Part shown: positions 1-9,719 of the stretch, piece after piece
Position numbering within the stretch: the stretch's first letter is position 1
Layout: each line of letters opens with the position of its first letter
NCBI GenBank assembly: GCA_963708295.1
Contig: CAVPSJ010000017.1
Span: 512,001 to 576,000 of the forward strand
Direction: 5' to 3'
Origin: an uncultured delta proteobacterium
Lineage (GTDB): Bacteria; Desulfobacterota; BSN033; UBA1163
Length of the DNA: 64,000 bases
The notes under the pieces: generated by a model
What the model saw: only the letters and a program-made list of their open reading frames with translations
The model's database searches: none
Told to the model about the DNA's origin: nothing
Translations under genes and position numbers: made by a program

Positions 1-375
1 CTATCGGTCTTCCCTGGAAACGGAGGTATCTGGCGTTCCTTGCACCATATTCCCCTTGGCAAACTGAAAGAGATCGTTTTTACCGGCGACGCGATAGGCG
101 CAAGCGAGGCATTCAGACTCGGATTAGTCGAGAGAGTCGTTCCGCCGGGCCAGGTGATGGAGGCCGCCTTAGAGCTTGCGGCCAAGATTATTGAGAAAGG
201 TCCTTTAGGAGTGGCCGCAGGGAAAAGGGTAATCAACGGGGCAAGAGACCTTTCTCTCCAGCAGGGATTGGAACTGGAATCTAACCTATGGGCGGATCTG
301 ACGACGACGGAAGATATGAAAGAAGGTGCCCGGGCGTTTATCGAAAAAAGAAAGCCCCAGTATCGGTGTCGATAA
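1..375 (+). CDS. Enoyl-CoA hydratase/crotonase family, 5' end outside window
   Basis: Frame open from base 1; FTGDAIGASEAFRLGLV...EDMKEGARAFIEKRKP is a typical crotonase C-terminus. Confidence 0.9.
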   Translation, partial: LSVFPGNGGIWRSLHHIPLGKLKEIVFTGDAIGASEAFRLGLVERVVPPGQVMEAALELAAKIIEKGPLGVAAGKRVINGARDLSLQQGLELESNLWADLTTTEDMKEGARAFIEKRKPQYRCR

Positions 376-442
376 GGAGAATGCATCTCCTACTGAGTCG
401 ATGATTGAAAGGCCGTATCAATGAATACTTTTCCGACAAATG

Positions 443-585
443 CCCATCCCCCTCCTGGCCTCCCCCTTGAAGGGGGAGGCAGGTAGCGATTTCCCTCCCA
501 TTCAGGGGGAGGGGTAGCCCTGCACCACGTAGGGTGCAGGACAATGCCCTGAACCTCACATGGTTCAGGGGGTGGGGGTGGGGTA
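443..585. repeat. REP-like palindromic element (CCCCCTT-GAAGGGGGAGG type)
   Basis: Hairpins ctcccccttgaagggggag and ccctcccattcagggggaggg; related sequences at ~3143-3230, 26010-26085, 28215-28310, 32638-32658, 42140-42225, 54940-54980. Confidence 0.65.
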
Positions 586-700
586 GGAATAGAATAGGAT
601 CAAAAATGAAACCAGATATCTATACAATTGTGGATCTGTTAACAAGAGATACATTGATCATCAGAGCTTTTTTGATCTGAAAGTAATTTTGGAGGCAACC

Positions 701-1842
701 ATGTTTTTTGAACTCAATGATGAGCAGAGGGACTTTCAAAAAAAGGTCCGAGAAATCTATGAGAGGGAGGTTAGCCCTCTGGTCGAGGAATATGAGCGAA
801 AAGAAACCTTTCCGGTTCAACTCTTTCCGATCCTGGGTGCAGAGCATCTTCTCTGTCTGCGATGTCCGAAAAAGTACGGGGGGCCCGGGTTAGACAAAAT
901 TTCGGAGTGCATCACCGTCGAGGAACTGAATCGGATCTGCGTTGGCATTGGGGCAAGCGTCATGGTCCAGGGAGGTTTGGCCACAGATCCTATCCTCCAC
1001 TTTGGTTCTGATGAATTGAAGCAAAACTATCTCTCCCCCGCTGTTCGGGGGAGAAGATCGGAGCCTTCGCCCTGACCGAACCGGACGCGGGATCGGATGC
1101 CTCTGGAATTCGAACGACTGCGGTAAGGGAAGGTGACGGTTACCGCATCAATGGTCCAAAGACCTTCATCACGAACGGGACGATCTGTGACTTCGCTACC
1201 GTTGCGGCCTATACCGATTCGACCAAGCGAGGGACCGGTATTAATCTTTTCGTCGTAGACCGAAACGATCCAGGGTTTTCTGTCATCAAGAAGTTGAGAA
1301 AACTCGGGAACCATTCTTCGGATACGGCCGAGTTGGCCTTTGAAGACTGCACTGTTCCGAAGGAGAGGATGCTGGGAGACCGGTTAGGAGGAGGATTGAG
1401 CCAGTTGGAAGAGACCCTTAAATCAGGAAGGATCACCTACGGGGCCAGGAGTACAGGGGTGGGGCAGGCCGCATTTGAAGCGACCCTTTCTTTTGTCAAA
1501 GGGAACCGGAGACAAGGTCAGGCTCTTGGAAAATCGCAGGCGATTCGATTCATCCTGGCGGAAATGGCGATGATGCTTGAAACCACGCGCTATATGACCT
1601 ATCGAGGGGCCTGGCTTTTCGATCAAGGTCTCGCTTCGATGAAAGATGCCTCCATCGTCAAACTCTTCTGCAGTGAATCCGTGCAGGCGATTGTTCAGAA
1701 GGCGATGGCCATCCAAAAGAGTGCCGGGCTGATGACGGACAATCCGGTTCAGAGATTTCTCCGTGATGGGCGATTGAGCAAGATCCCGGAGGGGACATCT
1801 GAAATTCAACATTTGGTGATTGCCAGTTCTTTGGGGCTGTAG
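701..1842 (+). CDS. Acyl-CoA dehydrogenase (one frameshift near 1047)
   Basis: RBS ggagg, ATG 701; after a G-run shift reads GEKIGAFALTEPDAGSD; C-terminal KIPEGTSEIQ keeps the catalytic Glu. Confidence 0.88.
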
Positions 1843-1853
1843 GAGCAAAGAGG

Positions 1854-2996
1854 ATGGATTTTGATCTTTCCAGTGAGCAAAAAGATGTGCAGAGGGCGGC
1901 AACGGAGTTTGCCAGGGGAGAATTTGATCCCGACTTGGTTTTGGAGCTGGATGAGGGTGGAACATTTCCAGACTCCCTATGGAGGAAGGCCGCTCAACTG
2001 GGATTCATCGGCATTCATTATCCAGAGGAGTTCGGGGGACAGGGACTGGGCCTCTTCGAGAATCTTCTCGTCATCGAAGCTTTCTGCAGGGTGGACTCAG
2101 GAGTTGGGAGCGCTCTCAGCACGGTGGATCTGGGTTCGGAGATCCTCCTCAAGTTTGGTTCCCTTGAGCAGAAAGGACGGTTCCTCACACCCCTCACGAA
2201 GGGAGAGGCACGTCTGGGGGTTGCTTTTGCCGAGTCAGAGGATGGAAGAGACCTGACGGTCCTTTCAGCCGTGGCAGAGAAGAAAATGGATGAATACTCT
2301 TTGCAGGGAAGGAAGCGTTTTGTCCTCAACGCTCCTCTGGTCAATGCCTTCCTCACCCTATGTCGAGAACCCAAGGAAGGGTGGATCACATTGATCGTAG
2401 AGCGAGAAAGGGATGGAATTGAAATTCATCCGATTGAAAAGATGGGTTTGAGAATGATCCCTTTTGGCGATCTCTTTTTCAAAGAGGCTTCTGTCCCTCT
2501 TGCAAGCCGCATCGGAGAGGAGGGGCAAGGGCTGACGCATGTCCGTCATCACCATCACGTGATGGCACTCAGAAGCGCGGCGCAGGGCCTGGGAACAGCC
2601 CAGGGAGCCTTTGATCGGGCGATGCAGCACGCCAGACAAAGAGAGCAGTTCGGCAGAACACTCTCACAATTCCCGATCATTCGTCATAAACTGGCCGATA
2701 TGGCGGTCCGCATCGAGGGGGCGCGCTGGCTCACGTACAAATCGGCAGCCGAGTTTGATCAAGGAAGAATCCATCCCGGGTCTTTATGGATGGCTCAACT
2801 GGAGGCGGGGAGGGGATTAACGGATGTGGTGGATCAGGCTTTGCAAATATTCGGGGGTTATGGTTACATGGCAGAGCAGGTCGTTGAACATTATTTCAGG
2901 GATGCGTGGGCGATCCGTGTGGACCTTGGGACAGAGGAAGAGCAGAAGGACGCAATTGCCGACATCCTATTGGGACCTGATACAACGAGAAAATAA
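1854..2996 (+). CDS. Acyl-CoA dehydrogenase family protein, degenerate catalytic motif
   Basis: ACAD motifs (REQFGRTLSQF, QIFGGYGY), but AFAESEDGRD and VDLGTEEEQ replace TEPxAGSD and IYEGT. Confidence 0.85.
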   Translation: MDFDLSSEQKDVQRAATEFARGEFDPDLVLELDEGGTFPDSLWRKAAQLGFIGIHYPEEFGGQGLGLFENLLVIEAFCRVDSGVGSALSTVDLGSEILLKFGSLEQKGRFLTPLTKGEARLGVAFAESEDGRDLTVLSAVAEKKMDEYSLQGRKRFVLNAPLVNAFLTLCREPKEGWITLIVERERDGIEIHPIEKMGLRMIPFGDLFFKEASVPLASRIGEEGQGLTHVRHHHHVMALRSAAQGLGTAQGAFDRAMQHARQREQFGRTLSQFPIIRHKLADMAVRIEGARWLTYKSAAEFDQGRIHPGSLWMAQLEAGRGLTDVVDQALQIFGGYGYMAEQVVEHYFRDAWAIRVDLGTEEEQKDAIADILLGPDTTRK

Positions 2997-3331
2997 GTGG
3001 CTATGTTTCTTCTCATGGGGACGCTTCCATAGAAAAAACTTCTCCATTGACACATTTCGCATCGTGCGATATTTAATCAGGGGATCGGAGTGGCTGTTTT
3101 GTTGTTATTAATCGGTCCATAACTGAATAGGATATCTGATTAACCCCACCCCCACCTTTTTCCTCCCCTGAAGGGGAGGAAAATCGTTACGTTTCTCCCC
3201 CTTCAAGGGGGAGTTGGAGGGGGATGGGGATTTGTCGGAGCGGCATAAATTGTCTTCTCAATTATGAACGCATTAATAACTTCAATAGAGACATTATAAA
3301 GGCGACTTATTCGATTGAAGGAGGTGCATCC

Positions 3332-4159
3332 ATGTTTGATCTTTCGAAGTTCTCTCTAAAGGGCAAAACAGCGATTGTGACCGGTGGAAGCCGCGGTATC
3401 GGCAAAGCAATCGCTCAGGGGTTTGCCAAGGCCGGGGCAAAGGTTGCAGTGACCAGCCGTAAGCTAAACGACCTTGAAGCAAATGCCGCAGAGATAAAGG
3501 CTTTCGGAGGCGAGGCGTTGCCTGTCCAGGCCCATTTGGGAAAGATGGAAGACATTACCAGGATGGTCAAGACCGTGATGGATGCGTTCGGCAGGATCGA
3601 CATCCTGGTCAATAATGCGGGCACCGGTCCGGCCTCGACGACCGTCTTGAATTCCGACGAACGTCTCTGGGAAACGATCATCAACCTGAATTTGAAAGGG
3701 GTTTATTTCACCAGTCAAGCGGTTGCCAGGGTGATGAAGAAGCAAGGCGGGGGAAAGATTGTCAACATCGCTTCCGTCGACGGCATCAAGCCGGAGCCTG
3801 GAGTCAGCATCTACGATGTCTCCAAAGCCGGCGTTCGGATGATCACCAGCGCTTTCGCCCTAGAATTGGCCCCCTTCAATATTCGGGTGAATACGATCGC
3901 CCCCGGGCCGATCAGCACGAAACTATTGGATTCGCATTGGGCCCACCTCCCAGCGGAGGGATTCAAAAAAGGGAAACAGGAATTGGCGGAAAAGACACCC
4001 ATGAGACGCATCGGCGAACCCGATGAAATCGTCGGTGCGGCGATTTACCTGGCTTCCGATGCCTCCAGCTATACCACCGGCGCCGAGATCGTCGTCGACG
4101 GAGGGACCCTGCTCTACGTACCGTTAGAGGCCCCTGTGCCACCGGAAGAAAAACAGTGA
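3332..4159 (+). CDS. Short-chain dehydrogenase/reductase (SDR)
   Basis: TGGSRGIG, NNAG, YDVSK; RBS ggagg before ATG 3332. Confidence 0.92.
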   Translation: MFDLSKFSLKGKTAIVTGGSRGIGKAIAQGFAKAGAKVAVTSRKLNDLEANAAEIKAFGGEALPVQAHLGKMEDITRMVKTVMDAFGRIDILVNNAGTGPASTTVLNSDERLWETIINLNLKGVYFTSQAVARVMKKQGGGKIVNIASVDGIKPEPGVSIYDVSKAGVRMITSAFALELAPFNIRVNTIAPGPISTKLLDSHWAHLPAEGFKKGKQELAEKTPMRRIGEPDEIVGAAIYLASDASSYTTGAEIVVDGGTLLYVPLEAPVPPEEKQ

Positions 4160-4179
4160 GACCCGAGAGGAATCAAAGC

Positions 4180-5991
4180 ATGAGCAACGAAACCCTCCTG
4201 ACCTATTTTCAAAAACATATTAAAGATCATCCCCATCGCGTGGCCTTGCGGCACAAAGATTATGGGATTTGGCACGATGTGACCTGGGAGCAGTATGGAG
4301 AGAAAGTGAGACAGGTTGCGATGGGACTCATCAGCCTCGGTCTCAAAAAAGGGGAATGCGTGTCGATCATCGGTGAGAACCGGCCGGAATGGGTCTATTC
4401 TGATTTCGGGGTCATGTCTGCCGGGGGAGTTACCGCAGGGGTTTATACGACCAATGCTGCAGAACAGTGCGGATATATTATCCAGAACTCCGGGTCGAGA
4501 TTTTACTTTGCGGAAAACGAAGAACAGTTCGATAAGGCCCTGAAATTCAGGAAGGACACCCCGGCTCTGGAGAAGGTTATCGTCTTCGAGATGGAAGGAT
4601 TGAAACGCTTTCAGGATCCCATGTTGATGAGCTTTGATGACCTGTTAAAGCTGGGAAAAGAATTCGGTGCAAAAAATCCGGGCCTCTTTGAGCAACGCGT
4701 GAGTGAAGTGAAGCCCGAGGATCTGGCGGTCCTCATCTATACTTCCGGCACGACGGGCCCTCCCAAAGGGGCGATGCTCACTCATCAAAACCTCCTCTAT
4801 ATGAGTGAGGCGATGGTCGATGCCAATCCCATCCTGGACGGTGACGAAACGCTTTCTTACCTCCCTCTCTGTCATATCTTCGAACAGCTCTTCACCGTGA
4901 TGATCAATGTCCGTTTCGGGACGGTCTGCAATTTCATTGAGAGTCCCGATACGGTCATGGATAACATGAAGGAGGTTTCACCTACGGTCACCTGCGGTGT
5001 CCCCCGGATCTGGGAAAAATACGCCTCCGGAATTATGATTCGCATGTCCGATGCCACCTGGTTTAAGCGCATGGTCTTCAAGGCCAGTCTGGGAATCGGG
5101 ATGAAGTATGCCGGGTTGAAACTGAATTTTAGACCTATTCCGCTCTACCTGAAGCTGGCTTACTTAGCGGCCTATGGGGCTGTTTTCAGAAAGCTCAAGG
5201 AGCGATTGGGTTTCGATCGCGTCAGGGTTGCCTATTCCGGAGCAGCCCCGATTTCGCCGGAGGTGCTGAAATTCTTCAATGCGATTGGCCTTCCACTCAT
5301 TGAAGGATATGGCCAGACCGAAGGCACAGGCGTCACGACCGTCAGTCGTAAAGGCCGCCTGAAGATCGGTAAGGTCGGACAACCCTTGCCCGGGGCGGAA
5401 GTGAAAATCGCTCCTGATGGGGAAATCCTCGTGAAGGGTCCCGGGGTGTTTAAAGGTTATTTTAAGAATCCGGAAGCCACGGCACAGACGCTTGTCGACG
5501 GCTGGCTCCACTCGGGAGACGTGGGGGAGCTGGATGAGGACGGGTTTTTAAAAATCACCGATCGAAAGAAGGATTTGATCATTACCGCAGGAGGAAAGAA
5601 TATCGCTCCTCAGAATATCGAGAATCAGCTCAAATTCAGCCCCTACATCAACGATGCGATTGTGATCGGCGACCGCCGGAAGTATCTCGTGGCGCTCATC
5701 GCGATCGACGAAGAGAATGTGATCAAATACGCGCAGGATCACAAAATTCAGTTTGGCACCTATGCAAGCCTCACCCAGGCTTCGGAGGTCAAGCAACTGA
5801 TTCAGAAAGAAGTCGATAAGGTCAACAAGACACTTGCCAACGTCGAGCAGCTCAAGAAATTTACGATCATTCCCAAGAGACTTTATGAAGAGGATGGCGA
5901 GGTGACGCCCACCATGAAAGTGAAACGAAAATTCATCAACGAAACGTATAAAGATATTATTGAGAAGATGTACAGATCAGGAGCCGAATAA
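4180..5991 (+). CDS. Long-chain fatty acid--CoA ligase (AMP-dependent)
   Basis: YTSGTTGPPKG, EGYGQTE, GWLHSGD, TPTMKVKR. Confidence 0.92.
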   Translation: MSNETLLTYFQKHIKDHPHRVALRHKDYGIWHDVTWEQYGEKVRQVAMGLISLGLKKGECVSIIGENRPEWVYSDFGVMSAGGVTAGVYTTNAAEQCGYIIQNSGSRFYFAENEEQFDKALKFRKDTPALEKVIVFEMEGLKRFQDPMLMSFDDLLKLGKEFGAKNPGLFEQRVSEVKPEDLAVLIYTSGTTGPPKGAMLTHQNLLYMSEAMVDANPILDGDETLSYLPLCHIFEQLFTVMINVRFGTVCNFIESPDTVMDNMKEVSPTVTCGVPRIWEKYASGIMIRMSDATWFKRMVFKASLGIGMKYAGLKLNFRPIPLYLKLAYLAAYGAVFRKLKERLGFDRVRVAYSGAAPISPEVLKFFNAIGLPLIEGYGQTEGTGVTTVSRKGRLKIGKVGQPLPGAEVKIAPDGEILVKGPGVFKGYFKNPEATAQTLVDGWLHSGDVGELDEDGFLKITDRKKDLIITAGGKNIAPQNIENQLKFSPYINDAIVIGDRRKYLVALIAIDEENVIKYAQDHKIQFGTYASLTQASEVKQLIQKEVDKVNKTLANVEQLKKFTIIPKRLYEEDGEVTPTMKVKRKFINETYKDIIEKMYRSGAE

Positions 5992-6026
5992 ATAAAGATA
6001 AGTTAAAAGTGACTAAAGTGATCTAA

Positions 6027-6216
6027 ACCCCGTGTTGCATTAAATTCGGCGTCTGAATTATCAAACCCTTAACCAGAGAGGGACAGTCGTGAAATCAATG
6101 CCATCCTCTTAATAGATCCGACAATGATCTTTAGAAAGCATCCCAAAAAGATTGCAAACCGCCTTTTTATCGGAACAGCCATTTGATTCGCGGGCATCTT
6201 TATGCAACAACGGGGT
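6027..6216. mobile_element. MITE-like element with terminal inverted repeats
   Basis: ACCCCGTGTTGCATTAAA ... TTTATGCAACAACGGGGT; no transposase inside. Confidence 0.65.
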
Positions 6217-6225
6217 AAAGAATAA

Positions 6226-6315
6226 GGGGACGTTAGTTCTAAAACACTTTGCCATCGATTGGTCATTTTTGAAGAAAGGGGCGATGTTGAGAAAGACCTT
6301 AATGCGTTTTAGAAC
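6226..6315. repeat. GGGGACA-type palindromic element, copy truncated at an attC crossover
   Basis: Near-identical to 7003-7090 but lacks the outer part of the right inverted repeat. Confidence 0.75.
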
Positions 6316-6366
6316 GACTGAATTAACGGGTGGCTATTCGCCGTCCCGTTGAATGAATTGTTGGAT
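6309..6366 (-). other. Integron attC site
   Basis: Minus strand ATCCAAC-AATTCATTCAACGGGACGGCGAATAGCCACCCGTTAATTCAGTC-GTTCTAA; 58 bp, layout like the aadA 59-base element. Confidence 0.8.
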
Positions 6367-6634
6367 GCTTTTTTACTATTTTTGATTTCAGAGGGTATTT
6401 TTCAGGATTTTCGAGGTTGTCAATTTCTAAATCAACATCCAATTCTGGCCAATATAAATGATAACCATGAAGCAATTGAACATTTTGTATGGAACTCAAT
6501 GTTTGATCTTTAAAATAAGGATAATCCTTATAACTTAGAAAGTATTCCTTTTCTTTTACAAAAAGCCATATCCCAAAAGGAGTTATATTTTCAACGCTTA
6601 CTAAAATGTTTTTGCCATGCTTTAATGATTTCAT
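6323..6634 (-). CDS. DUF2442-like protein (putative TA partner)
   Basis: LSYKDYPYF...LYWPELDVDL; overlaps the DUF4160 gene; low GC. Confidence 0.75.
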   Translation of the reverse strand: MKSLKHGKNILVSVENITPFGIWLFVKEKEYFLSYKDYPYFKDQTLSSIQNVQLLHGYHLYWPELDVDLEIDNLENPEKYPLKSKIVKKHPTIHSTGRRIATR

Positions 6635-6833
6635 CTCTATGCTCCTCGACAATTTTTTGAATTTCGTTCAACTTTCTTGGATTCAAACCATGAGATACAG
6701 CTAATGATATTATGGGTTCAAGCCAAAATTTAGCTTCTCCATCCTCGCACGTTACATGGATATGGATTCTATCCTCTTCATTTGAAAGAAAATAAAATCT
6801 ATACCCTTTTTCTCTGAAAATAGTAGGACTCAT
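6591..6833 (-). CDS. DUF4160-like protein (putative TA partner)
   Basis: MSPTIFREKGYRFYF..NEE..HIHV...AKFWL. Confidence 0.8.
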   Translation of the reverse strand: MSPTIFREKGYRFYFLSNEEDRIHIHVTCEDGEAKFWLEPIISLAVSHGLNPRKLNEIQKIVEEHRDEIIKAWQKHFSKR

Positions 6834-7000
6834 ACACCTCTATTTTACCATTTAACGGTTAAGGTTAGCCAGATGCTAATTATTTTTATGCCTTGTAATC
6901 AACACATACCCCGATCCCTTACTCTCCTTGGGTGGCAATGCCTTTTCAACGGTAACAAAAGACGATCTAGGGGTCACGAATTCTCAGAGATCTGCGTGAC

Positions 7001-7104
7001 AAGGGGACATTGGTTCTAAAACAATTTGCCATCGATTTGTCATTTCTGAAGAAAGGGCGATGTTAAGAAAAACCTTAATACGTTTTAGAACCAATGTCTC
7101 CCTT
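7001..7104. repeat. GGGGACA-type palindromic/MITE-like element, intact
   Basis: AAGGGGACATTGGTTCTAAAAC ... GTTTTAGAACCAATGTCTCCCTT inverted repeats. Confidence 0.8.
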
Positions 7105-7212
7105 CTAAAATACACGGTCACAAAGACGTTGAAAAACTCAAAACGTTTCTCTCAGGTTACACAAGGTTGAAGCTAATGCGGGATTCGATTCAATCAAGTA
7201 AACTGATTCAAG

Positions 7213-7303
7213 CTCTAACAATTGGCTCGACGGCGATCGGGAATAGCGTTTTGCATCTCCAGGCGAGGCCGGCTGCCCCGGCGCGTCAGCCATATCGTTA
7301 TGT
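7213..7303 (+). other. Integron attC site
   Basis: CTCTAAC...TGGCTCGACG / CGTCAGCCA...GTTATGT; L-box pairing leaves one extrahelical base. Confidence 0.72.
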
Positions 7304-7373
7304 CATCATAAACCACGGTCGTGATTGTCAAGCTTGTGGCAAAGAGATATAATAAGACACTAAGGGATGATGA

Positions 7374-7670
7374 ATGCTTCTATTTGAATGGGACCCAAAC
7401 AAAGCAAGAGGAAATCTTGAAGTTCATGGTGTTTCTTTTGACGAGGCGAGCACGGCCTTCAGAGATACCTTGTCATTGACCATTCATGATCCTTTGCATT
7501 CTGACGAAGAAGACAGATTTATTTTGATTGGGAATTCCAGCAGGAATCGTCTTCTGGTCGTTGTTCATACAGAAAGAGGAGAAAACATCAGAATAATAAG
7601 CGCAAGGAAAGCAACCAAGAAAGAAAGGAAGCAGTATGAAGAAAATGCCAAAAGATCAAGACATGCTTGA
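7374..7670 (+). CDS. brnT: BrnT family toxin
   Basis: FEWDPNKA..N..HGVSF...IRIISARKAT. Confidence 0.9.
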   Translation: MLLFEWDPNKARGNLEVHGVSFDEASTAFRDTLSLTIHDPLHSDEEDRFILIGNSSRNRLLVVVHTERGENIRIISARKATKKERKQYEENAKRSRHA

Positions 7671-7845
7671 AGAATATGATTTCAGCAAAGGCATCCGGGG
7701 AAAATATGCAAAACGATATGCCGAGGGGACAAATGTTGTGGTCATTGAACCCGATGTTGCCAAAATTTTCCCGGATCATGACTCTGTAAATCAGGCGTTG
7801 AGATCGCTGGCAGAAATCATTAAACGACAAAAAAAGCTTGCATAA
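7636..7845 (+). CDS. BrnA-like antitoxin
   Basis: EYDFSKGIRGKYA...VNQALR; overlaps the toxin; stop lies in GCATAAC (truncated attC R''). Confidence 0.8.
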   Translation: MKKMPKDQDMLEEYDFSKGIRGKYAKRYAEGTNVVVIEPDVAKIFPDHDSVNQALRSLAEIIKRQKKLA

Positions 7846-7930
7846 CCACTGCGCCAAATTTTAGTCACTTTTGGCACCTCTAACTTCAGTTCACTTTTGA
7901 TTTTAGTTCACTTCCAACTTTAGTCACTTC

Positions 7931-8698
7931 TTATCGCCATCGTTTCTTCTTTTTCCACCTCTGATATCCTTTCACCGATTCCTCGGATCGAATCCCCAGG
8001 TAGAACTCCTTCACATCCTCGTCTTCCAAAAGGATGTCGGGTGTATTCGCGGCCACGATCCTCCCGTTCTCCAGCACAAATCCGTAATCGGAGATCTTCA
8101 AGGCCATCTTTGCATTTTGTTCTACAAGGAGGACGGTCGTCCCTTCTCCTTTGAACGTCTTGATGATTCTAAAAATCTCCTGGACAAGCAGTGGAGATAA
8201 TCCGAGGGACGGCTCATCCAGCATGAGAAGTTTCGGCTTGGTCATCAGAGCCCTGCCCATGGCGAGCATCTGTTGCTCCCCGCCGCTCAGTGTTCCGGCC
8301 CACTGATTCTTCCTCTGGGAGAGGACAGGAAAATGGCCGATCACCCGGTTGTAATCTTCCTTCACCGATTTCTTGTCTTTCCGGATATAGGCTCCCATCC
8401 TCAAGTTTTCATCGACGCTCAATTCAGGGAAGACTTCCCTTCCCTCCGGCACATAAGAAATCCCCAGGTGAACGATTTCCTCTGCGTCCTTTCCATCAAT
8501 CCTTTTTCCGAGGAATTCAATTGTCCCTTTATCCGGTTGGTCCTCCAGAAGTCCCATGATGGTCTTCAGGATCGTCGTCTTCCCCGCGCCATTGGCCCCC
8601 AGAATGGCGGCGATCTGCCCTTCCTGAACTTCCAAGGAAACTCCCCGAATGGCCATAATCAATCCGTAGAGGGTTTCGATATTTTTTACTTTAAGCAA
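7931..8698 (-). CDS. LIV-type ABC transporter ATP-binding protein (LivF-like)
   Basis: GANGAGKT, LSGGEQQMLA, LMLDEPSLGL; TTG start inferred. Confidence 0.9.
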   Translation of the reverse strand: MLKVKNIETLYGLIMAIRGVSLEVQEGQIAAILGANGAGKTTILKTIMGLLEDQPDKGTIEFLGKRIDGKDAEEIVHLGISYVPEGREVFPELSVDENLRMGAYIRKDKKSVKEDYNRVIGHFPVLSQRKNQWAGTLSGGEQQMLAMGRALMTKPKLLMLDEPSLGLSPLLVQEIFRIIKTFKGEGTTVLLVEQNAKMALKISDYGFVLENGRIVAANTPDILLEDEDVKEFYLGIRSEESVKGYQRWKKKKRWR

Positions 8699-8722
8699 TG
8701 CTTCTGAACCATAACGTAACCC

Positions 8723-8870
8723 AAAAATCCGAAATTCGAATATCGAAATCCGAAACAAATCCAAAATTCTAATGACCAAATTTCCGAAACATTTCTTATT
8801 CTTTCTTTTTAATTTTTGAATTTCGGTCATTCGGAATTGTTTCGAGTTTCGGATTTCGTGCTTCGGATTT
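8723..8870. repeat. Imperfect inverted repeat built of ~7-nt periodic units (AAATCCG/AAATTCG ... TTTCGGA)
   Basis: Same family at 16974-17105, 31470-31648, 52546-52736, partial at 54836-54870. Confidence 0.75.
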
Positions 8871-8936
8871 AGATCCGCCCACCAAGGAATAATTTTGTTA
8901 CTATTCAGTACCCAATCTCGTTTCCGACTAATCCTT

Positions 8937-9719
8937 CTAACCCGTTTCCTCCTCGCCCAGATAAGCCTTGAGGACTTCCGGATGCCTTTGAATCTCTTCC
9001 GGTAGCCCGTCTGCGATCTTCTCCCCATAATTCAGGGCCAAAATTCGGTCGGAAATGTCCATGATCAAGTTCATGTCATGTTCCACCAGGAGAACGGTGA
9101 TCCCGAGGTCATCCCGGATGTCCTGGATCGAGAACATCAAGTCTCCCTTCTCTTCCATATTCATTCCAGCGGAAGGCTCATCTAAAAGGATGAGTTCGGG
9201 GTTGAGCGCGAGGGCACGGCCCAGTTCCACAAGTTTCCGGGTTCCGTAAGGAAGGTTGATCACAAACTGATTTCTTGCAGCCTGAAGATCGAGGAAGTCG
9301 ATGACTTCTTCTACCTTGCCTCTGTTCTCGATCTCCTCTCGGGCAGCCTTTGAGCCTTTGTGAATGAATGTGGCGCCCCTCCAGACACCTGTCTTCATAT
9401 GAAGGTGGCGTCCCAGCATGAGGTTATCCATGGTGGTCATATGAGAGAAGAGCTCGATGTTTTGAAATGTTCGGGCGACCCCTCTTTTGGCAACTTGGTA
9501 AGGTTTGAGATGGGTGATCTCCCCCCCCTTATAGAAAATCTTTCCTGAGTCGGGTGGGTAGATTCCACTGATACAGTTAAAGACGGTGGTTTTTCCTGCT
9601 CCGTTTGGGCCGATAATGGAATAGATGGCTCCCTTTTCCACTTCGAAGCTCACGTTGTTCAGCGCCCTAATACCGCCAAAAGAGATCGTCAGGTTTTCGA
9701 TCTTGAGAATAGAGTCCAT
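8937..9719 (-). CDS. LIV-type ABC transporter ATP-binding protein (LivG-like)
   Basis: GPNGAGKT, ARTFQN, LLDEPSAG, AYLG. Confidence 0.92.
   Translation of the reverse strand: MDSILKIENLTISFGGIRALNNVSFEVEKGAIYSIIGPNGAGKTTVFNCISGIYPPDSGKIFYKGGEITHLKPYQVAKRGVARTFQNIELFSHMTTMDNLMLGRHLHMKTGVWRGATFIHKGSKAAREEIENRGKVEEVIDFLDLQAARNQFVINLPYGTRKLVELGRALALNPELILLDEPSAGMNMEEKGDLMFSIQDIRDDLGITVLLVEHDMNLIMDISDRILALNYGEKIADGLPEEIQRHPEVLKAYLGEEETG

Noticed and set aside
8699-9028. Long N-terminal extension of LivF in the ORF track
   Set aside because: Reads through a repeat element and overlaps livG; homology starts near LLKVKNI
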